In this document: positions 44,924 to 56,895 of the stretch, one piece after another | Numbering within the stretch: position 1 is the stretch's first letter | How the letters are laid out: every line of letters begins with the position of its first letter | DNA from: an uncultured Thermoleophilia bacterium | GTDB taxonomy: Bacteria > Actinomycetota > Thermoleophilia > UBA2241 | Direction: 5' to 3' | NCBI GenBank assembly: GCA_963715985.1 | Contig: CAVQSP010000014.1 | Coordinates: 704,001-768,000 of the forward strand | Length of the DNA: 64,000 nt | The notes under the pieces: model-generated | Seen by the model: the letters and a program-made list of their open reading frames with translations, nothing else | The model's database searches: none | Told to the model about the DNA's origin: nothing | Translations under genes and position numbers: made by a program

Positions 44924-45990
44924 GAGCTGCCCGACCGAAACTGGTGTTCGTCGACCATTCATATCACGTGGTGACGGGCTCCAGCCGGTTCTTCAGAAAG
45001 ATGCTGAGCGAGGTTTTCGACATTGTCGAACTGCACTGCGACGACTGGCGCGGCGACAGGAGAGTCTCAGCCCAAGACGTCGACGCAACAGGAGCAGACG
45101 TCGTGCTCTTCTGGCAGGCGCTCCCCTCGCCGATCGATCTCTTCAACCTCGCCACCCCAGCGGTCTGGGTACCGATGTACGACTCGGTGGCGCGGCGCCC
45201 TCGTGCGTTCTGGAGAGTGCTGTCACAGTCCAACATCCGCATTATCTCGTTCTGTCACGCGCTCTCCCGCATTGCCACCCAGCACGGCATCCGCTTCGCT
45301 GGCTACTCCTACTACCCGGACCCGTCAGACCTGCCCCGCCTCAGCGGTGAGGGTGATGGCCTCCGAGTGTTCCTTTGGGATCGTGGCGATGTGGGCATCG
45401 ACCAGATCAGGCAACTGGTGCGTCCTCAGGATGTGCAGTGGATGGTCCTGAGACTTGCGGCGGACCCAGGCCTACGGTCGAGGTGGCCCAGTAGCGACGA
45501 CATTCTGAAGTACCGAATCCGATCGATTCCCGGGCCTCTTCCGCGCGACGAACATCTCAGGCTCTTGGCAACCTGCAATGTTTTTCTGGCCCCCCGCAGA
45601 CTGGAGGGAATCGGCCTCAGCGTTCTCGAGGCCATGGCCATGGGGCTGGCGGTCATCGCTCCGGATCGGCCAACCATGAACGAGTACATCGAACACGGTG
45701 TCACGGGTTACTTGTACGACCCGCAGCGGCCTCAGACCATCGATTTACGTTGTGCCGCAGAAGTGGGTGAAAGCGCACGCGCCCGCATGTCTGTCGGCAG
45801 CAAGGAATGGGTCGGATCCCAACACCGCGTTTTGGCCGACGTGCTCGCGGCGACACCCGTGGCGGCCGACCCTCCCCTTCGTATCGCCGCCGAGGCGCGA
45901 GCTCTGGCCGCAGTCGAACTGGCGAAAGCGTCAATACCAGAGAGGCCGAGATCCTTCATTCGAAGGGTGCTTCGCGCACACCGTCGTTGA
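44920..45990 (+). CDS. GT-B glycosyltransferase
   Basis: EGIGLSVLEAMAMG, EYIEHGVTGYLY. Confidence 0.85.
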   Translation: MRAARPKLVFVDHSYHVVTGSSRFFRKMLSEVFDIVELHCDDWRGDRRVSAQDVDATGADVVLFWQALPSPIDLFNLATPAVWVPMYDSVARRPRAFWRVLSQSNIRIISFCHALSRIATQHGIRFAGYSYYPDPSDLPRLSGEGDGLRVFLWDRGDVGIDQIRQLVRPQDVQWMVLRLAADPGLRSRWPSSDDILKYRIRSIPGPLPRDEHLRLLATCNVFLAPRRLEGIGLSVLEAMAMGLAVIAPDRPTMNEYIEHGVTGYLYDPQRPQTIDLRCAAEVGESARARMSVGSKEWVGSQHRVLADVLAATPVAADPPLRIAAEARALAAVELAKASIPERPRSFIRRVLRAHRR

Positions 45991-46041
45991 GCGTTCGGTT
46001 CCGCCCGCCGAAGGCCGCTGAACCTCAAGCCTCAGCATATC

Positions 46042-47185
46042 TAGTGTTGCATTCCTGAAGTCCACTATGCATGTTCACACCGTCAGCGGCTTGCCCGTGT
46101 AGTTCCAGGCGAAGGGCGTCGCGGTCTCGCTGTAGCACGTGATGGAGTACATGATCTGCTCGACGAGCTCCTGCTTCGAGTTCCAGACGTCGCCCCCCAT
46201 CACCTCGCGCGTGAAGATGTTGAAGAAGATCTCGACCTGGTTCAGCCAGGTGGCGTAGGTCGGCGTGTGCAGGATCGCGAGGCGCCGCCGCTTGGCCGCC
46301 CACTCCCTCACGTCCTTGGCCTTGTGCACCGAGAGGTTGTCGCAGATCACGTAGAGCTGCTTGCCGGGGTACTTGCGGTAGAGCGCCTTGAGGAAGGCGA
46401 GGAAGCTCACCTGATCGTTCCTGTCGCGGCAGCGCGCCGTGACCTCGCCGTCGTGCACGGAGAGCGCCGCCAGCAGGCAGGTCGTGCGATGGCGCTTGTA
46501 GGTCGCGGTCAGGCGCCGCGGCTGGCCCGCCTTCATGGGCAGCTCGGCGTGGGTGCGGTCGAGCGCCTGGATCTGGCTCTTCTCATCCACGGAGAGCACG
46601 AGCGCGTTCTCCGGGGGACTCAGGTAGAGACCGAGGATGGCCGCCTGCTTGGCCTCGAACTCGGGGTCGGGGCTGCGTCCGCACCAGTACTCGGTCTTGT
46701 GGGGGCTGAGCTTGCCCTCGGCGAGGATGCGGTGCGCCGAGGTCCGCGAGAGGCCGCTCGAGTGCGCGAGGTCGCTCACGCTCCAGGCGGTCTTGCCCTT
46801 CTCCGGCGTGCTCGTCGCCAGGTCGACGACGGCGAGGCGCTGCGCCGCGCTGATGCGCGCCGGGCGGCCCGGGCGCGGCTCGTCGGCGAGGCCCTCGAGG
46901 CGCCGCTCGAGGAAGCGCTTCTTCCACTTGAAGACGCTCAGCTGGCTGAGCCCGCAGCGTTCGCCGACCGCTCTGACCGGCAGCCCCTGCGCGCAGAGCA
47001 GGATGACCTGCGCGCGCCGCGCCAGACGCTGCTCGGTGGTGCCGGCGCGCGTCCACATGCGCAGGGTCTGCTCCTCCTCCGTTGTCAGCTCGATCCTCCG
47101 CGCCGTGGCCATGAAGGGCCTCCTTCGGTGTGCGACCACCAGATGAGGCTATTTGACTACAAGACACTTGCGGAACGTAACTCTA
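46042..47185 (-). mobile_element. IS630-family insertion sequence
   Basis: TA at both ends; imperfect IRs TAGTGTTGCATTCCTGAAGT and TAGAGTTACGTTCCGCAAGT (15/20). Confidence 0.88.
46075..47112 (-). CDS. IS630 transposase
   Basis: HTH with RPGRP; DDE triad VDEKSQIQ / CDNLSVHK / WLNQVE. Confidence 0.93.
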   Translation of the reverse strand: MATARRIELTTEEEQTLRMWTRAGTTEQRLARRAQVILLCAQGLPVRAVGERCGLSQLSVFKWKKRFLERRLEGLADEPRPGRPARISAAQRLAVVDLATSTPEKGKTAWSVSDLAHSSGLSRTSAHRILAEGKLSPHKTEYWCGRSPDPEFEAKQAAILGLYLSPPENALVLSVDEKSQIQALDRTHAELPMKAGQPRRLTATYKRHRTTCLLAALSVHDGEVTARCRDRNDQVSFLAFLKALYRKYPGKQLYVICDNLSVHKAKDVREWAAKRRRLAILHTPTYATWLNQVEIFFNIFTREVMGGDVWNSKQELVEQIMYSITCYSETATPFAWNYTGKPLTV

Positions 47186-48527
47186 ACGTTTGCGGCCATT
47201 CGTCGCTTCACGCAAGGCCGCCCTCCCATTCGAGATGTCACTTCGTGAAAACGCGAACATCCTTGTCGTGTGAGCGCCGAGCCTCCTCGCGAATCCTAGC
47301 ATTACGAGCAGGGTGGTAATGTAGGAGGCGCTCACGGCCACGGCGACGCCGTTCACTCCCCACAGGGGCAGCATCACCGCGAGTGCGATCCCGCCGCCCA
47401 GCCAGCCGAGCATCTCCGCTCTCGTCGCCAGGGAGGGATGCCCCAGGCCACGCAGGCCGTCGCCCAGCGCATAACGCAGCGAAGCTGCAAGCATGCCTAC
47501 CGCAAGGATCCTGACCAGCGTCTGAGCCGGAACGAAGTCTCCGCCATAGACGAGAGTCAGCAGCGGCCCCGCAAAGGCGATCAGGACCACAGCAAAGAAG
47601 CCGCTAAGAACGCAAGTGAGACGCGCAAACAACGAATGGCGCCCAGCGCCTCTTCCCGGATGACGCGCCGGCCACGCGCGGGAGCGCGAGCACCCCAAAC
47701 GTCGTACCCCACACTCTCACGACAACCGCAGCTGAGGTCGCCACGAAGTACAGGCCCGCCTCCTGGGCCCCGAGAAGCGCCGTCGTAAGAAGAACGTCGA
47801 GCTGAAGGGTATCGACTGGCGCCAGGGTCCCGAAGTACGCCTTGCGGCCGACCGACCACGACTGCCTGACCGTGTCCCACTGCAGTCTGGGACGCAACGC
47901 CCCGCGGCGGGTCTCACGGCTGGACATGACCAGCAACACGACGAGACCGACGACCCAGCTCGCCGCGTACGTCGCGGCGAACACCCTGACGCTTACGTAG
48001 CCCAGCAGGAGCAGCGCCAGCAGGGTCGCGCCGTAGACAGAGGGGATGAGGAGGCGGGCGGCGTTCAACACCCCGATTCGCCCTTCGCCCTGATTGAGCG
48101 CACTGAGGTAGCGTACCGCCAGGTGCAACGGGGCGTACACAACAGGAAGCCGATTGCGGTGGCCAGAACGCTCGACGGGTAACCGCGGAGGGCCAGCAAG
48201 ATGATGGAATACCCGCCGCCCAGATAAGGACGCATTGACCGGCCATCATCGGCACGACGCTTCTCGCCAGGTCGTATCGTGAACGCAGGCCTGAGGCCGA
48301 GAGGTATGTCAGGCGGTCGGGCAGGCCCAATTCCGCAATCGTGCAGAGGAGGCCCGGCCACAAGATGACCGCCGCCAGCTCGCCCCTCCCGGCGACCCCG
48401 AGAGCGCGCGCCCGACGATACCCCCCACCAGACTGATCAGCATCACGGCCGTCGTGATGACCACGCTCTGGACGACGTGGCGTCGCGCGCTTGGGGCAGC
48501 TCGGCTCGTGTCGCGTCGGCGGCTCAC
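47183..48527 (-). CDS. Wzx-like oligosaccharide flippase, several frameshifts
   Basis: Multi-TM fragments: ARALG..GRGEL, EAGLYFVA, LVYGGDFVPA, PLWGVNGVAVA. Confidence 0.75.
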
Positions 48528-48694
48528 TCAGTGACCCCCAGAATCCCGCCGACCCGACCGGCCGGCACCGGCCGGAATAGCACACCGCCCTGAGGTCAGA
48601 GTGACTCGTCCAGTGTATGCAGGATGGCCGCGAACTAGCACACGGCAGCTAGCCAAGACCATCCCACCAAAGGCCGCCCTCCAAGGCGATGCGG

Positions 48695-49651
48695 TCAGGA
48701 GGTGACGTACAGACCCGGCGGGAATCCTAGTTCACGAAGCACTGCCGGCAGTCGCGCGAACGGTCTCCCTGGGAATCTCGACGGTGACCTCGTTGTGCCG
48801 GGGAACTCAGTCTGCACCCGCGAGACTGTGTCGCGCCCGGTCCTTCTCTCCGCGCTCGTCTGCGAATCCTCGTCGCAGCTTTCGCTCGTAGTCCTCACGA
48901 CTCCTGAAGACATAGTGGTGCAGCACGAGAACGGATCATCGCGTGGTGTTGCAAAGGATCCGTACACGCGCCGACCGTCAGGCGTCACCCCCAAGCGACC
49001 GCGACGATAGTAGAAGCCGTGGGAATTGCGATAGCGGAATATCTCCGAAGGTTGCGCGATGACCTTGACATGTTCGTCACCCGAGGCATCTGCCATGGAC
49101 AAACCGTCTCGGTCACCAGTCCCGTCGGAACGGCCTCGATACCCTGCGCTTCCGAAGTAGCGCCAGTTGATTGCAACAGCGGGTCTGTCTTCGTTGCTCC
49201 TCAGAACTCGGATCGTCGCACCAGCAGCATTCTCAAAGAGGAATTCGTCAGCGTCGAAGAACGCAACCCATTTGCTGCTCGAACCGAACCGCGTCAGGAA
49301 GTCGACATAGCAGGACGGGGACGCCGGGACCATAGGCCACTGGCAAACGTCACAACACCCCGCTCAATGAAAGGATGAATCACCTCCCTGGTGCCGTCGG
49401 CGCTGCCGTTGTCGTAGACGTAGAAGTGCTCGATCCCGATATTGAGATGATGGGCGATCCATTCTGGAAGAAAGCGAGCCTCGTCTTTGACCCGCACAAC
49501 GGCAGCCAAGTAGTGGAGCGACGACGCGTCGTCCGGCCGAGACCCGCGGTTGCCGCAACGTTGAGCGGAGCCCTTCATATGCATCTTGCACCATGAATAA
49601 TGGTGTGCGAAGCAAGCGATACCGCTTGACCAGTGACCGGAGGTCACTCAT
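48695..49651 (-). CDS. Glycosyltransferase family 92/2-like, frameshifted
   Basis: KDEARFLPEWIAHH..IGIEHFYVYDNGS, WVAFFDADEF. Confidence 0.8.
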
Positions 49652-49989
49652 CTCCGGCTCTCTATCATTACTTGGCTCATCTCCTGGTGACCGCTGGGTG
49701 CTGGTGGCTGCTGGTGATCAGCACTTGCAGGCTATCGTGACGAACCGTATCATCCGTCGGACTTCATCACGCAGCCACACGATGCGTGCAGAAGGGCTTC
49801 CTGAAGCGCGGAATCCAGCAGGTCCGCCGAGCACGTGCACGGCCTCACCCAGGTACGAATGCGGCGCACCCGCCTCGGGCTCCCCGCGAACGATGCCGCA
49901 GGCTCTGGGGGGCTCGTGCCCAAGTCGGCGCGCTTCGCGGCCGATACGGTAGAGTAGGGTGGAACGTTCTCCTACGATTGGGGCCCGTG

Positions 49990-50876
49990 TTGGGCGACTG
50001 GCGGCTTCAGACTCCTGTTGCCTTCATCATCTTCAACCGCCCCGCGACCACCCGGCGCGTGTTCGCGACCATTGCCGAGGCCAAGCCACCCAAGCTTCTC
50101 GTCGTAGCCGACGGGCCGCGCGCGGATCGCCCGGGAGAGGCCGACGCGTGCGCCGACACGCGCGCATCGTCGAGCAGGTGGACTGGGAGTGCCAGGTCAT
50201 GACGCAGTACGCCGCGCACAACATGGGCTGCCGGCGGCGGCTCTCCAGCGGCCTGGACTGGGTCTTCGGCACCGTTGAGCGAGGCAATCATCCTGGAGGA
50301 CGACTGTCTGCCCCATCCCAGCTTCTTTCGCTACTGTGAGGAACTGCTGAACAAGTACCGTGATGACGACCGTGTCGCGCACATCGGCGGGAGCAACTTG
50401 CAGTTCGGCCGGCGCCGCACCAAAGACAGTTACTACTTCTCTCGTTATCATCACGTGTGGGGCTGGGCTTCCTGGCGCCGGGCATGGCAGCACTACGACG
50501 TAGGCCTGGCTCTCTGGCCGAGCTTCGAGACAGCGACTGGCTCCAGAGCGTGTCGGTGATCCGAAGCAGGAGAGGTACTGGCGCCGTATCTTCGACAGGG
50601 TGGCCGCCGGGAAGATCGATGACGTTGGGACTACCAGTGGGAATTCGCCTGCTGGCTGCATGGGGCCCTCTCCGCTATCCCCAACGTCAATCTCGTGTCC
50701 AACATCGGGTTTGGGTCGGACTCCACCCATACGCGCGCCGGGAGCCCCTTGGCCGACATCCCTCGACGGGCCATTGCGTTCCCGCTCAAGCACCCTGCCG
50801 CGGTGCAACCGCAACCCCGCGGCTGATGCCTTCACCGTCCGACATATCTACAAGCCGTCGTGCCGCGCGTGCTGAC
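49990..50876 (+). CDS. GT-A glycosyltransferase (HlpA-like), frameshifted
   Basis: [41 protein letters not shown]. Confidence 0.8.
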
Positions 50877-50969
50877 AAGGCGCGGCACGACCCGCGGGGG
50901 CTGCTGCAGCAGGCCGGCCATGCGGGCACGGCAGCGCTGTCGCGTGGCGCCCGCCCGGAAGGAGCGCCG

Positions 50970-51915
50970 ATGCGTGACTATGGTCGCACGCGAGCGATGG
51001 TCACCGGCGGGGCCGGGTTCCTCGGCTCGCACCTCTGCAGGCGCCTGCTCGACGACGGATGCGAAGTGCTCTGCGTCGACAACTTCTACACCGGCACTCG
51101 CAGAACATCGCGCCGCTACTGGCGAACCCGCGGTTCGAGGTGCTGCGCCACGACGTGACCTTCCCGCTCTACGTCGAGGCCGACGAGATCTTCAACCTGG
51201 CCTGTCCGGCGTCGCCGCCGCACTATCAGTACGACCCCGTGCAGACCACCAAGACGAGCGTGCACGGCGCCATCAACATGCTGGGCCTGGCCAAGCGGCT
51301 CAGGGCGAAGATCCTCCAGGCCTCCACGAGCGAGGTCTACGGCGATCCGACCGAGAACCCCCAGACCGAGGCCTACTGGGGCAACGTCAATCCGATCGGG
51401 CCGCGCAGCTGCTACGACGAGGGCAAGCGCTGCGCGGAGACCCTGTTCTTCGACTACTACCGGCAGCACGCCTGCGGATCAAGGTCGTGCGCATCTTCAA
51501 CACCTATGGACCTGGAATGCACCCCAACGACGGGCGCGTGGTCAGCACCTTCATCGTGCAGGCCCTGCGCAACCAGGACATCACCGTGTTCGGCGACGGC
51601 TCCCAGACCCGCTCGTTCTGCTACGTGGACGACCTCATCGAGGGTCTCGTGCGGATGATGGCCTCCGAAGACGACTTCGTCGGCCCGGTGAACATGGGGT
51701 CGCCACGAGTCCTCGATGCTCGAGCTGGCCGAGACGGTGGTCGCCTGACGGAAGCAGCTCACGGATCGTCCATCAGCCGTTGCCGGCGGACGACCCCAAG
51801 CAGCGCCGTCCGGACCTGACCCTGGCGCGCGAGCGGCTGGCATGGGAACCGCGCGCGGCCTCCACGAGGGTCTGAAGCAGACGATCGCCTACTTCAGGAC
51901 TCACCTGCGCTTTGA
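50970..51915 (+). CDS. UDP-glucuronate decarboxylase (UDP-xylose synthase), frameshifted
   Basis: [61 protein letters not shown]. Confidence 0.88.
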
Positions 51916-52667
51916 TGGCGACGACGCGCAGGAGCGGCGCCCATCGAGGACCACTACCCGGAGATCGACTACGGCGGATTACGCGTGTCGACGGGGCGAT
52001 GGCCTTCTACATTCGCGTCGGCTGCCTCCTCAGACCTGACGACGTCGTTCTGGACGTCGGCTGCGGCAGAGGAGAGGCAGCAGAAGACCCCGCTCCCAGC
52101 CGGCGGCAATTGCGCATCCTGAAGGGGCGATGCGCCCGCGTCATCAGCATCGACCCAGATGGAGTCGGCGCCGACAACCCCTGCATTGACGAGTTCCGGC
52201 CCATCGTGGCTCGGCGCTGGCCGGTCGACGACGAGAGCGTCGACCTCCGTCTCCACGGACAATGTCGTCGAGCATATCGCTCATCCCGATGCGTTCTTCG
52301 CCGAGTGCGCGCGTGTCCTGAAGCCCGGATGCTTCTGCGCGTCAAGACCGCCAACTCCCTCGGCGACGCGGCTCTCGCGGCCAGGAGTCATCCCCAACGC
52401 CTCGCACGCGGTCGTTCCGCGCGGTCTGCAGCCAGAACGGGACCCGAGAGACGTCTTCCCCACCTACTATCGCTGCAACCGCCCGCGGCGCCTGCGCATA
52501 GTCCTGTAGAGTGCGGCTTCACCGCCTACGTTCACGGCCATGCCGCCGAGCCTGCCTACCTTGGGTTCTCCCTGCCTACCTACGCCCTCGGCGTCGTCTG
52601 GGCGCGCGTGGCGCCCTCCATCCTTCTGAACACTCTCCTCGACTTCGCCGAACGTGCGCGTCGGTAA
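51915..52667 (+). CDS. Class I SAM methyltransferase, paralog of 44048-44923, frameshifted
   Basis: DGAMAFY..VLDVGCGRGE..NPCIDEFR..DVFPTYYRCN..PAYLGFS. Confidence 0.8.
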   Translation: MATTRRSGAHRGPLPGDRLRRITRVDGAMAFYIRVGCLLRPDDVVLDVGCGRGEAAEDPAPSRRQLRILKGRCARVISIDPDGVGADNPCIDEFRPIVARRWPVDDESVDLRLHGQCRRAYRSSRCVLRRVRACPEARMLLRVKTANSLGDAALAARSHPQRLARGRSARSAARTGPERRLPHLLSLQPPAAPAHSPVECGFTAYVHGHAAEPAYLGFSLPTYALGVVWARVAPSILLNTLLDFAERARR

Positions 52668-53411
52668 GCCCGCTGATAGCAGCAGCCGTCCTCTCGGGCC
52701 TCGTCTACCGCGTCTCAGGCACCGTGCCTGCCCTTGCGTCTCACCCCTCCTGCGGCCCGCGTCCACATTCTGTCCAGCCCCCTGCGAGGGAGGCTGTGGA
52801 TCGTCGGCCCAAGCACGCACGGGTGTTCGATGGTCACGTTCGAACGCGAGAAGCTCGAGTTCCTCAACGCCGCGCTCCGCGAGGGCTAAGTGGCGTGCGA
52901 CATCGGCGCGAACGCGGGTGTCTACTGTTCGCCGCTACGCGTGTAGGCTCCAGCGGACGGGTGTATCTTTCGAGCCCCTCCCCCGAAATCTCGGCTACCT
53001 CGAGCAGCATCTCGCGCTCAACCAGATAGGCACCTGCACGGTGATGGACGTCGCCGTCAGCTCTGAGGCGGCGACGCCGCTTTCGATGAGAGCGTGCACC
53101 CGGCGATGGGCCACCTTGGCCCCGCCGGCGATGAGGTGATCACCGTTCACACCGTGGTCCTAGATGATCTCGTCGCGGGCGGGGCCATTCGCCGGCCCTC
53201 GGTGATCAAGCTCGACATCGAAGGCGCTGAATACGATGCTTTTGGTGGGCCGCACGCGTGCTGTCCTCATCGTCCGATCGTCTTCGTGGCCACGCACGGC
53301 CCAGCCATACATCTGCGTCGCAGGAGTTCTCGATGAAGCCGGCGTCGATGTCGGGGCCTCAATGGAGTGCCACTCTCTGACGCAACGGCGATCGTGGCTC
53401 TCTCACGCTAG
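52654..53411 (+). CDS. FkbM-family methyltransferase, heavily frameshifted
   Basis: DIGANAG, SFEPLPRN, LDDL...IKLDIEGAE fragments; boundaries approximate. Confidence 0.7.
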
Positions 53412-53617
53412 CCAAGGGGTGCTGCGCCCAGGGCTCGGCGCCGAGTGTGGCCAGCACCCCGTCTGCCCCTGCAACTCTCGTGCAGCCACGCGGTTCCAGA
53501 GTAGATGAATGTGGCGTATACGTCAGCCCGATCGCGCGACTGGCCGGCTCTTTGGTCAGAAGCGCGGCGCACACGCGCAACGGGCGGCGTCTTCTCACGG
53601 TGGCCCACAGCAAATGC

Positions 53618-53660
53618 ACGCGGCCCGGCCCGGGTCCCTCAGAGCCTGGCCGGGCCGCGT
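53618..53660. terminator. GC-rich hairpin downstream of the peptidase gene
   Basis: ACGCGGCCCGGCC / GGCCGGGCCGCGT 13-bp inverted repeat. Confidence 0.5.
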
Positions 53661-53674
53661 TCTGGACCACCCTT

Positions 53675-56600
53675 CTAGCCCAAGGTCAAGGTCCAGTTAC
53701 GTTCACCGTGCCCGGGGCGAGGCCGTAGAGGCTCCAGGGGTCGCCGCTGGTGGCGCGGTAGTAGACGTAGACGCTGTAGCCGCTGCCCACGGGCAGGCCG
53801 CTCGAGGGCCACGCTGTCGGAGTAGGCGGCGGTGCCGTCGGCGGCCTTGACCTGGCCCACGTACCAGCTGTTGCCGGGGCTCACCACCCAGATGCTGAAC
53901 TGGGCGGGGGCGGAGACGTTGGCGTTGGTCGTCCAGTGCACGGTGAGCGCCTGGGCCTGCGTCCTGCTGGTGGTGCCCGCCGGCGGCTGGTCGACGGTGA
54001 TCGTGCTGAGGGCGCCGGCCGTCACGTTGACCGTGCCCGGGGCGAGGCCGTAGAGGCTCCAGGCGTCGCCGCTGCTGGCGCGGTAGTAGACGTAGACGCT
54101 GTAGCCGCTGCCCACGGGCAGGCCGCTCGAGGGCCACGCTGTCGGAGTAGGCGGCGGTGCCGTCGGCGGCTCTTGACCTGGCCCACGTACCAGCTGTTGC
54201 CGGGGCTCACCACCCAGGTGCTGAACTGGGCGGGGGCCGAGACGTTGGCGTTGGTCGTCCAGTGCACGGTGAGCGCCTGGGCCTGCGTCCTGCTGGTGGT
54301 GCCCGCCGGCGGCTGGTCGACGGTGATGCGTGCTGAGGGCGGCGGCCGTCACGTTGACCGTGCCCGGGGCGAGGCCGTAGAGGCTCCAGGGGTCGCCGCT
54401 GCTGGCGCGGTAGTAGACGTAGACGCTGGTAGCCGCTGCCGACGGGCACGCTCGAGGGGCACGCTGTCGGAGTAGGCGGCGGTGCCGTCGGCGGCCTTGA
54501 CCTGGCCCACGTACCAGCCGTTGCCGGGGCTCACCACCCAGATGCTGAACTGGGCCGGGGCCGGAGACGTTGGCGTTGGTCGTCCAGTGCACCGGCGAGC
54601 GCCTGGCCCTGCGTCCTGCTGGTGGTGCCCGTCGGCGGCTGGTCGACGGTGATCGTGTTGAGGGCGGCGGCCGTCACGTTGACCGTGCCCGGGGCGAGGC
54701 CGTAGAGGCTCCAGGGGTCGCCGCTCGTGGCGCGGTAGTAGACGTAGACGCTGTAGCCGCTGCCGACGGGCAGCGTCGAGGGCACGCTGTCGGAGTAGGC
54801 GGCGGTGCCGTCGGCGGCCTTGACCTTGCCCACGTACCAGCTGTTGCCGGGGCTCACCACCCAGATGCTGAACTGGGCCGGGGCCGGAGACGTTGGCGTT
54901 GGTCGTCCAGTGCACGGCGAGGGCCTCGCCCTGGGTCCTGCTGGTGGTGCCCGCGGGCGGCTGGTCGACGGTGATGCGTGCTGAGGGCGCCGGCCGTGAC
55001 GGTGAAGCTCGCCGCGCTCGTCCCGGTGCCGACGGGGGTGATGACGGCGATCGGGCCCGTGGTGGCGCCGGCAGGGACGGTCGCCGTGATCTGGGTCGCG
55101 GAATCCACGCTGAAGCTGGTCGCCTGCGTACCGTTGAAGGTGACGCTGGTGGCGCCCGTGAAATCGGTGCCCGGTGAGGAAGACCGAGGTGCCCACAGGG
55201 CCCGACGTCGGCGTGAAGCCAGTGACAGTGGGTGCCGGGGCGGCGGCGGGCCTGACGTACGCCTTCAGGCAGACGTTGGTGTTGCTGTAGATGGTCGTCA
55301 GGTCCGTCCAGCTCGATCCGGTCGAGCTCACGTAGCTCTGGCCGGCCGCCGCGGTGGCGTGCTGGAGTAGCCCGAGTACGGGTACTCGATCGGGATCGGG
55401 GAAGCTGTAGCCGGGCGTGGTGAGCTTCACCGCCACGACGAATTGCTGGCCCTGGGTCACCGCGACGGGGGACGGCAGCGGCACGGTGTGGTAGCCCATG
55501 TAGGGCAGCGTGCCGCTCGAGCGCAGCGTCTTCGTCGCCAGACTGGCGCCCGTGTAGACCTCATAGCTCGCGCCGGGGGTCGCCGTGTAGAAACCGACGG
55601 CGCCCAGCGAAGCGCTCCCTTGTGCAGTGAACACGTTGGCGAACCACCCGGTCGAGCTTGACGACAACCCCATGTTGGTCACGTTGCCGAGCGGGTCGTA
55701 CTGGTAGATGCCGGTGTAGTTGCCCGTCGATTCCGCGCCGTTGAACACCGCCATGACGCCCGCGCTGCCGAACTTCGTGTCGTAGTAGGAGACGTAGAAG
55801 TAGCCGCTGTCCCCCCACCCCGTGCCCCAGCTGTTCTTGACGAGGAAGGCGCCGTTGCCCGGAGGGGTCGTGACGAACTTGGTGGCAGCGTAGTTGTCGT
55901 CCCAGCCGACGATGAGGACTCCGTGGTTGGTGCTGGAGCTGCCGCTGTAGTAGTAGCTCTTCGTCGTGGAGTTGTACGCGGAGTCATACCAGCCCATCGC
56001 GACGTAGACGCCGCCGTACTGCATGACCGCGTTCTTGACGTTGTCGTTGTCGAGCGCATCGCCGCGGGCCGGGATCCAGTCGACTTCCTGCACGTGCTTG
56101 CTCGGGCTCAGGCCGGGCGGCGTGATGCCGTCGTTGTACCCGTCCTGGCTTTCGGTCACTGGGCCGCCCCAACGGACCAGGTAGGCGGTAGACATGTTGA
56201 CGTTGCCGCCGTGGTCGTACGGGTCGCCACCGCTGTCAAAGCCGCTCTGGAGGACCATGTTGTCCTCGGAGAAGTCCCACGTCTCACCGGGAAGGAGACA
56301 CGACTCGAGCGAGCCGCAGGACGCGAACGCCCAGCATGTGCCACGGGGGTTCTGGTTCTTCACCGACGTGACCCTGCCGAACGTGCGCAGGTCGTAGGTC
56401 GACGGCAATGGGCCGAAGGCGCGCACGCTTGATATGTGCATCCCCGTGGCATACGAGAAGTCCTGTGGACCCGGTATGTCGCCCAGGGCGTTGCCGACGT
56501 CCGCTCCCGGCTTCTCGCCCATCGGCGCACCGATGAGTGACGCCAGGAATGCCTGGTTCAGCGGCGCCACCGAGACATCGAGCGCGCCGCCGTCCGGAGG

Positions 56601-56705
56601 CGCAGTGCTGCCCGCGCCTGCCGGCACCGCGATGCCGACTGCCAGCAGCACAGAGCAGAGGCAAAGCACGATGACGAGGACGACATGATGGAGGGTGTGT
56701 CGCAT
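53675..56705 (-). CDS. Secreted papain-family (C1A) cysteine peptidase + lectin-like domain + IPT domain + 4 C-terminal modules; frameshifts in the 3' half
   Basis: Signal peptide; QNPRGTCWAF (Cys), NHGVLIVGW (His), KNSWG (Asn); IYQYDPLG...NVCLKAY domain. Confidence 0.9.
53700..55000 (-). repeat. Intragenic tandem repeat, ~326 bp x4, near-identical
   Basis: CCGTGCCCGGGGCGAGGCCGTAGAGGCTCCAGG recurs near 53706, 54031, 54358 and 54684. Confidence 0.9.
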
Positions 56706-56895
56706 CGCGGTGCTCTCCTTCGCTCTGGCGACGGGCGCTTGGCCAAGTCCCCGCCCACTGGTCGGCAGCGAGTCGCGTCACCCGCGCTGAGCTTCGCGAC
56801 GCGCGAAGGTCGCGTTGCGCGAGCCCAGACGACACAGGCGGTCGCTCGGCGTGCCCAGCACCGTCCCGGGGCACGCACCGTTCCCTTCCCTCCTA

